Shown: positions 59,201 through 64,000 of the stretch, piece after piece | How the letters are laid out: the number at the start of each line of letters is the position of its first letter | How positions within the stretch are numbered: position 1 is the stretch's first letter | NCBI GenBank assembly: GCA_036834365.1 | Contig: DAITOA010000001.1 | Coordinates: 88,926 to 152,925, forward strand | DNA from: Thermodesulfobacteriota bacterium | GTDB taxonomy: Bacteria; Desulfobacterota; Desulfomonilia; UBA1062 | Direction of reading: 5' to 3' | Length of the DNA: 64,000 bases | Notes under the pieces: generated by a model | Databases searched by the model: none | What the model was told of the DNA's origin: nothing | Seen by the model: the letters and a program-made list of their open reading frames with translations, nothing else | Program-made: the position numbers and the translations under genes

Positions 59201-60111
59201 TGCAGGTTCTCCTTTTCGTGTTCCTTGAAATATGAACAGAGTCCAGTGCCGGTGAATACACGTCCGTTTATCTCGATCTCCAAGGGTCTCAGAGTGCCTT
59301 CCCCGGTCCCGATGAACACGTCATTACCCTTGATCACGATGCTGCCGGGTTTCAGTGAGGATCCTGAGGCCGGGACGGCCCGCCAGATAAAGACCATGTC
59401 ATCCCCGATGAATCCGAAGGCCCCGGGATACGGCCGGGTGACGGCCCGGATGAGGTTGTAGATCTCCTCGGCGGGCCTGTCCCATGAGATCCGTCCGTCT
59501 TCGGGCTTTCTGCCGCCGAAGTACGACCCCTTGGAGAGGTCCTGCGGTTCTTTGGGGATGTCGCCGCTGATCATGCGGGGGAGGATCTCCGCGAGCATGG
59601 CATCCGCAGCCCGTTCCAGCTTTCCGAAGAGCGTGAGAGCGGTATCCTCATGGGTGATCTCCACCCGCTTCTGGGCCGTAACAGGACCGGCATCGGGCTT
59701 TTCCACCATCTCGTGGAGCGTCACGCCGGTGGCCTTTTCCCCTTTGAGGATGACCCAGTTCACCGGGCACCGGCCGCGGTAGGAGGGCAGCAGTGAGCCA
59801 TGGAGATTGTAGGCGCCTTGCTTCGGAATGGAAAGAATCGCGGGCTTGAGCATGAAGCGGTAATAGAAGCTGAAGATGAAATCGGGCTGAGCGCCTTTGA
59901 CCTTCTCGACCCACCCATGCCGGTTGGGGTTTTCCGGACACACGCACGGGATGTCGAGCTCACGGCAGAGCGACGGCACGGATGCGAACCATACGTTCTC
60001 GTCAGGGTCGTCCTCGTGGGAGAACACGAGCGGTATCTCCATGCCGGCATCGAGAAGCCTCCTGATGCCGATGACACCCATGTTGTGGTACGCGAAGACC
60101 ACCGCCCTCAC
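59197..60111 (-). CDS. arnA: UDP-Ara4N formyltransferase domain of ArnA, encoded as a separate gene
   Basis: 'VRAVVFAYHNMGVIGIRRLLDAG..DFIFSFYYRFML..YNLHGSLLPSYRGRCPVNWVILKGEKATGVTLHEMVEKPDAG' is collinear with the E. coli ArnA N-terminal domain. GTG start overlaps the upstream stop; its own stop overlaps the ATG of the decarboxylase gene. Confidence 0.85.
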   Translation of the reverse strand: MRAVVFAYHNMGVIGIRRLLDAGMEIPLVFSHEDDPDENVWFASVPSLCRELDIPCVCPENPNRHGWVEKVKGAQPDFIFSFYYRFMLKPAILSIPKQGAYNLHGSLLPSYRGRCPVNWVILKGEKATGVTLHEMVEKPDAGPVTAQKRVEITHEDTALTLFGKLERAADAMLAEILPRMISGDIPKEPQDLSKGSYFGGRKPEDGRISWDRPAEEIYNLIRAVTRPYPGAFGFIGDDMVFIWRAVPASGSSLKPGSIVIKGNDVFIGTGEGTLRPLEIEINGRVFTGTGLCSYFKEHEKENLQ

Positions 60112-61037
60112 GGGTAGATCCTCCTGATGGTGTACGGCGGACGCTTCTTCACCTCGCGGTAGATCCTGCCCACGTACTCCCCCATGACCCCGAAGGCCAG
60201 GAACTGGGCCCCGATGAAGAAGAACAGCACGGCGAACAGGGTAAAGATGCCCTGTGCCGCCCATTCGGCGCCGAAGGCCAGCCGCGCCACGGCCAGGAAG
60301 GCGCCGAAGCCTATGCCGAGAAAGGCAAGTACGAAGCCGGCATAGAGCATGAACTTCAGCGGAAATTCGGAAAAGGACGTAATGAGGTCGAAATGCAGGG
60401 AGATGAGACTGCCAAGGGAGTACTTGGACTCACCGGCATAACGCTCCTCGTGGCCTACGTCGATCTCGGCGATGTCCTTGGCGAAGCTCACCGCCAGGGC
60501 CGGGATGAAGGTGGAGTGCTCGTGGCTCGAAAGCATGTATTCGACCACGTGCCTCCGGTAGGCCCTGAGCATGCATCCCCAGTCATTGAGGTGTACACCC
60601 GTGATGCGGCGGGTCATGGCATTGACCAGGCGGCTGGCCGACTTGCGGAAGAACGAGTCCTGGCGCATCCTGCGAACCGTTCCCACCACCTCATAGGCGC
60701 CCGTCTCCATGACGTCCACCAGGCGGGGGATCTCTTCGGGCGGGTTCTGAAGGTCAGCATCGAGCGTGACTACGATATCCCCGGTGCTTGTTTCGAAGCC
60801 TGCGAACACGGCTGCATGCTGGCCGTAGTTCCGGGAGAGCTCCACCACCTTCACCCGCCCGGAGGCATGGCTGCGCAGGATCTCCAGCGACCCGTCGCGG
60901 CTGCCGTCATCCACGAGGATCACCTCGTAATCCCTTTGCAGGCCTTCCATGACCGGCAGCAGACGTTCGAAGAGCCTTCCGATAACCTGATCCTCATTGT
61001 ATACCGGGATCACCACCGATACCTTTGCCTGGTTCAT
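60108..61037 (-). CDS. arnC: Undecaprenyl-phosphate 4-deoxy-4-formamido-L-arabinose transferase
   Basis: 'VSVVIPVYNEDQVIGRLFERL..YEVILVDDGS..LDADLQNPPEEIPRLV..WGCMLRAYRRHVVEYML..GESKYS' is near-collinear with E. coli ArnC, including two C-terminal TM helices. Confidence 0.9.
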   Translation of the reverse strand: MNQAKVSVVIPVYNEDQVIGRLFERLLPVMEGLQRDYEVILVDDGSRDGSLEILRSHASGRVKVVELSRNYGQHAAVFAGFETSTGDIVVTLDADLQNPPEEIPRLVDVMETGAYEVVGTVRRMRQDSFFRKSASRLVNAMTRRITGVHLNDWGCMLRAYRRHVVEYMLSSHEHSTFIPALAVSFAKDIAEIDVGHEERYAGESKYSLGSLISLHFDLITSFSEFPLKFMLYAGFVLAFLGIGFGAFLAVARLAFGAEWAAQGIFTLFAVLFFFIGAQFLAFGVMGEYVGRIYREVKKRPPYTIRRIYP

Positions 61038-61039
61038 GT

Positions 61040-61966
61040 CTATAGGGCCTCCTGCGTCCTCGTATAGAGCGATTTTCTGTTGAGGATTAAAAAAATGCTT
61101 CCTATGGCCACCGACAGCCACAGGGTGAACACGCGGGCCATGATGGCGGCCATCCCCGCATCCGGGGCCGGCATACCGGCATGGATGAGCAGTCCCAGAA
61201 GGCTCGCATCGGTCACCACGAGCCCGCCCGGGATGAAGGAAACCGCCCCGACCAGGGTGGAAAACCCGAAGATGACCGTGGCATCGATGATCCCGATTTC
61301 GTGACCAAGCCCCCGGGCTATGAGGTGAAGGGCGACGCCCTCGCTCGTCCAGGCTGCCAGGGTGATGACGAGGGAGATGACAAGCACCTTCGGCCCGAAA
61401 AGGGCGAACATGTCATCGAGGGCCCCTTTGAGCTCATGCGCCCGGGCGGCCAGGAACGGGGAGCGGGAAGCAAGATCAAGGAGACGCTCGGGAATCGGCC
61501 TTGCCAGCATGAGCATGGGCAGGCAGCACAGGAGCAGGGTCCAGCCGGAGCCTCCCAGAACGCTCACCCCCAGCAGGGAGATGACGCTCAGACCCACGAG
61601 GTCCATGAGGAGCTCGGCGATCACGACGGGGGAACCGGCGATGAGGGTCCTGCCTGTTGCCGTCTTGAGGAACTGCGCCTTGAGGAGAAAACCCGCCTTG
61701 CCCGGTGTGGCGCTCATGGACAGCCCTGTCAGGAATATCCCGAGGCTCCTGGCGATCTTCACCTGGAAGCCTGTTTTTTTCAGGTACAGGTCCCACCGGA
61801 AGAACTTGATCAGGTCGTTGCAGAACCCGAACACGGCTATGGCTGGTACCAGGGTGAGGGGGAAGGCCTTCAGGGTGGGCAGGGCCTTTCTCACATCGCC
61901 CAGCATGACGATTGCCGAGTAGGTTATGAAGGCGAGGATAAGGCCGAAGACTATGCCCTTTTTCAC
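61040..61966 (-). CDS. UPF0104 / lysylphosphatidylglycerol-synthase TM-region-like membrane protein (putative flippase-like)
   Basis: 308 aa and polytopic. 'SLGIFLTGLSMSATPGKAGFLLKAQFLKTATG'. Sits where arnE/arnF would be expected. Confidence 0.5.
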   Translation of the reverse strand: MKKGIVFGLILAFITYSAIVMLGDVRKALPTLKAFPLTLVPAIAVFGFCNDLIKFFRWDLYLKKTGFQVKIARSLGIFLTGLSMSATPGKAGFLLKAQFLKTATGRTLIAGSPVVIAELLMDLVGLSVISLLGVSVLGGSGWTLLLCCLPMLMLARPIPERLLDLASRSPFLAARAHELKGALDDMFALFGPKVLVISLVITLAAWTSEGVALHLIARGLGHEIGIIDATVIFGFSTLVGAVSFIPGGLVVTDASLLGLLIHAGMPAPDAGMAAIMARVFTLWLSVAIGSIFLILNRKSLYTRTQEAL

Positions 61967-63084
61967 CCACAGATCTCCCTCAGGGCAAGGATCACCCTGT
62001 CTATCTGCGAGTCTTCCATGGATGGGTAGAGTGGTATGCTCAGGATGCTCTCCGCAGCCGCTTCGGTTTCCGGGAGACTCACCGTGCCGAGATGTTCCCT
62101 GACGTAGCTCAGGGCATGGCATGCAGGGAAGTGCAGGCCATACCCGATGTTACGTTCCGCAAGCTCCTGCATGAGGGCGGCCCGGCCTATTGACCGCGCC
62201 TTGACCACGAAGAGGTGCCATGAATGCACATGTGCATAGGTGGGGATGCCCGGCAGGTCCAGGCCCTTGAGGTTGGACAGACCATCGAGGTAGCGTTTCG
62301 CGATCCGGGTCCTCTTTGCATTTATCTCCCCGATCTTGGCGAGCTGAACGATGCCCAGGGCGGCCTGCATGTCCGTGAGGTTGTACTTGAAGCCAGGCTC
62401 CGCTATGTCGTAGCTCGGGTCCGATGCCTTGCCGTAGCGTTTCCATGCGTCGCGTTCGATGCCGTGGAACTTCATGAGCTTCAGCTTCTTCATGAGATCT
62501 TCGGGACCGCCGGTGATCATCCCCCCCTCCCCTGTGGTGATGTTCTTGATGGGGTGAAAGGAGTAGATCGCCGGGTTCCTGGCGCCGATATGGGCGCCCT
62601 TGTAGAAGGTCCCCACGGCATGGGCCGCATCTTCGATGAGGGGTATCCCCCTGCAGGCATCCTCGATGGCGTCCAGATCCGCCGGGGCGCCGGCGAAGTG
62701 CACGGGGATGACCGCTTTCGTGTTTTTCGTGACGAGCCGCGCAATCTCATCAGGACGCACGAGCAGGGTGTCGTAGTCGATATCGGCAAAGACAGGGCGT
62801 GCCCCGGCGATCATGATCTGGTTCGCTGTGGAGGCAAAGGTCATGGACGGAGTGATCACCTCATCGCCGGGACCGATGTGAAGGGCCCTGAGCAGCAGGT
62901 GAAGCCCCGCGGTGCCGGAGGCAAGTGCCAGGGCGTGGGGCGATCCCACATAGGCGGCGAAGCGCTGTTCGAACTCGGCGCACTTCGGGCCGGTGGTTAT
63001 CCATCCGGACTTCAGGACCTCAGCGACGGCATCGATCTCCTCGCTGCCGATGTAAGGCCTGCTCATGGGTATGAAGTCATTCAT
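61963..63084 (-). CDS. arnB: UDP-4-amino-4-deoxy-L-arabinose--oxoglutarate aminotransferase
   Basis: DegT/DnrJ/EryC1 fold, collinear with E. coli ArnB: 'SRPYIGSEEIDAVAEVLKSGWITTGPKCAEFEQRF..GDEVITPSMTF..VIPVHFAGAPADLDAI..AIYSFHPIKNIT..KYNLTDMQAALG'. Confidence 0.88.
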   Translation of the reverse strand: MNDFIPMSRPYIGSEEIDAVAEVLKSGWITTGPKCAEFEQRFAAYVGSPHALALASGTAGLHLLLRALHIGPGDEVITPSMTFASTANQIMIAGARPVFADIDYDTLLVRPDEIARLVTKNTKAVIPVHFAGAPADLDAIEDACRGIPLIEDAAHAVGTFYKGAHIGARNPAIYSFHPIKNITTGEGGMITGGPEDLMKKLKLMKFHGIERDAWKRYGKASDPSYDIAEPGFKYNLTDMQAALGIVQLAKIGEINAKRTRIAKRYLDGLSNLKGLDLPGIPTYAHVHSWHLFVVKARSIGRAALMQELAERNIGYGLHFPACHALSYVREHLGTVSLPETEAAAESILSIPLYPSMEDSQIDRVILALREICG

Positions 63085-64000
63085 TCGTTCTTGTCTCCCT
63101 GTGGTTCGGACGTGTCCTTGATGTTCCAGAGTTCGGTGGGCCGCTTATCATAGCCTGTAGTCCGTATCAGCCTGAACCCTCTGGACTGGAGAAGTTTCTG
63201 CACGTCCGAGCCGTCCCTGCCGTTGAAATACAGGACATATGGTGTACTCCCCGCATTGACCATCCCCTCGAACCGCTTCCAGTCCGGAATGGATTCCGCC
63301 CTGAATCCCCCGTAAAAGGAGCTGAAGGCCAGGGCCGTCTCGCTCAGGTTGTACCCCATGACCCGCTCGTTTCCCACAATGGTGCCTGCATACCGGAAAA
63401 AGGGGCGATAACTTTTGATGACATCCACCTGGTGGAAAAGAACCGGGGACCAGGTAAGCAGCAGCAGAGCCCAACAGGCAGCCAGTCTTTGGGGCAGGGT
63501 GAACATGCGCGACCCGAGCATGGTTCCCAGGAAGAGCGCCGACAGGAGAGATGCCAGCAGTGTCATCTGCCATGACCCGCCGAGCTTCGCATGAAAAGCG
63601 ATGGGGACCATGATGAATACGAGGCCGGTGAATGCCCCGGGCAACCAGGTGGCCCACCGCCGTTCTACCGGCCGTACATCCTCGGGCATGCGTGACAGCC
63701 ATACCCCCACGACGGCGGCCATGGCCGGGTACAGGGGAAGGATGTAGAGCCCGCGTTTCGTGGAGGCGATGCTCAGGAGTATGAATCCGCCGAAGAACCA
63801 GCTGTAAAAGAACCGGAGGCGTGTATCGGGCCTCCTCAGGAAGACGGTCGCCGGGATCAGCAGGAGCGACCAGGGCAGCCCCTCGGTGAAGATGACCTGC
63901 AGATAATAGTAAAGGGGACGCACGTGGCCGCCCTGGTAAACGCCCACGTCCATGAACCTGCCCAGGTTGTTGAACAGGAAGAAGGTGAAAAGGAAATCCG
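63081..64000 (-). CDS. ArnT-like (GT83/GT39) polytopic glycosyltransferase, copy 2; 5' end beyond window
   Basis: Frame is open to position 64000 ('DFLFTFFLFNNLGRFMDVGVYQGG..'). Hydrophobic C-terminal half has the typical GT39/GT83 architecture. First gene of the arn operon as seen in this window. Confidence 0.65.
   Translation of the reverse strand, partial: DFLFTFFLFNNLGRFMDVGVYQGGHVRPLYYYLQVIFTEGLPWSLLLIPATVFLRRPDTRLRFFYSWFFGGFILLSIASTKRGLYILPLYPAMAAVVGVWLSRMPEDVRPVERRWATWLPGAFTGLVFIMVPIAFHAKLGGSWQMTLLASLLSALFLGTMLGSRMFTLPQRLAACWALLLLTWSPVLFHQVDVIKSYRPFFRYAGTIVGNERVMGYNLSETALAFSSFYGGFRAESIPDWKRFEGMVNAGSTPYVLYFNGRDGSDVQKLLQSRGFRLIRTTGYDKRPTELWNIKDTSEPQGDKNE

Overview
This is a 64-kb chromosomal window from a GC-rich (about 60%) Gram-negative anaerobe. 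The Gram-negative, anaerobic call rests on LptF/LptG permeases, a TonB-dependent receptor, class III ribonucleotide reductase NrdD/NrdG, pyruvate phosphate dikinase and ADP-forming acetyl-CoA synthetase. Nearly all genes are tightly packed housekeeping and envelope functions: mutL-miaA-ttcA-tsaC-rng; a 10-gene minus-strand shikimate superoperon (aroC-aroKB-TPR-aroQ-pepP-efp-accB-lplA-like) with a recognisable sigma70-like promoter; ppdK-tmk; lptFG; a MoxR/DUF58/transglutaminase triad; two PAS hybrid histidine kinases; and the nrdD and nrdG genes. Roughly the last 11 kb is one long minus-strand operon encoding a complete 4-amino-4-deoxy-L-arabinose (Ara4N, arn) lipid A modification pathway. In this operon ArnA is split into two ORFs, there are two ArnT-like and two ArnC-like transferases, and DedA, TVP38 and UPF0104 membrane proteins are present. 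I found no CRISPR array, transposase, integrase or rRNA. The most interesting signals are non-coding and were read directly from the sequence: (1) a 27-codon leader peptide rich in Tyr, Phe and Trp, followed by a perfect intrinsic terminator, immediately upstream of DAHP synthase, which is the classic attenuator layout; (2) a cobalamin riboswitch on the opposite strand driving the TonB-dependent receptor, divergent from that attenuator; (3) tandem NrdR boxes 31 bp apart upstream of nrdD; (4) two copies of a palindromic, terminator-like repeat family with 23-25-bp perfect stems and conserved stem termini; (5) an 11-G homopolymer flanked by direct repeats just upstream of the aro operon promoter. 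A tRNA-Val(CAC) with a consensus promoter is also present.
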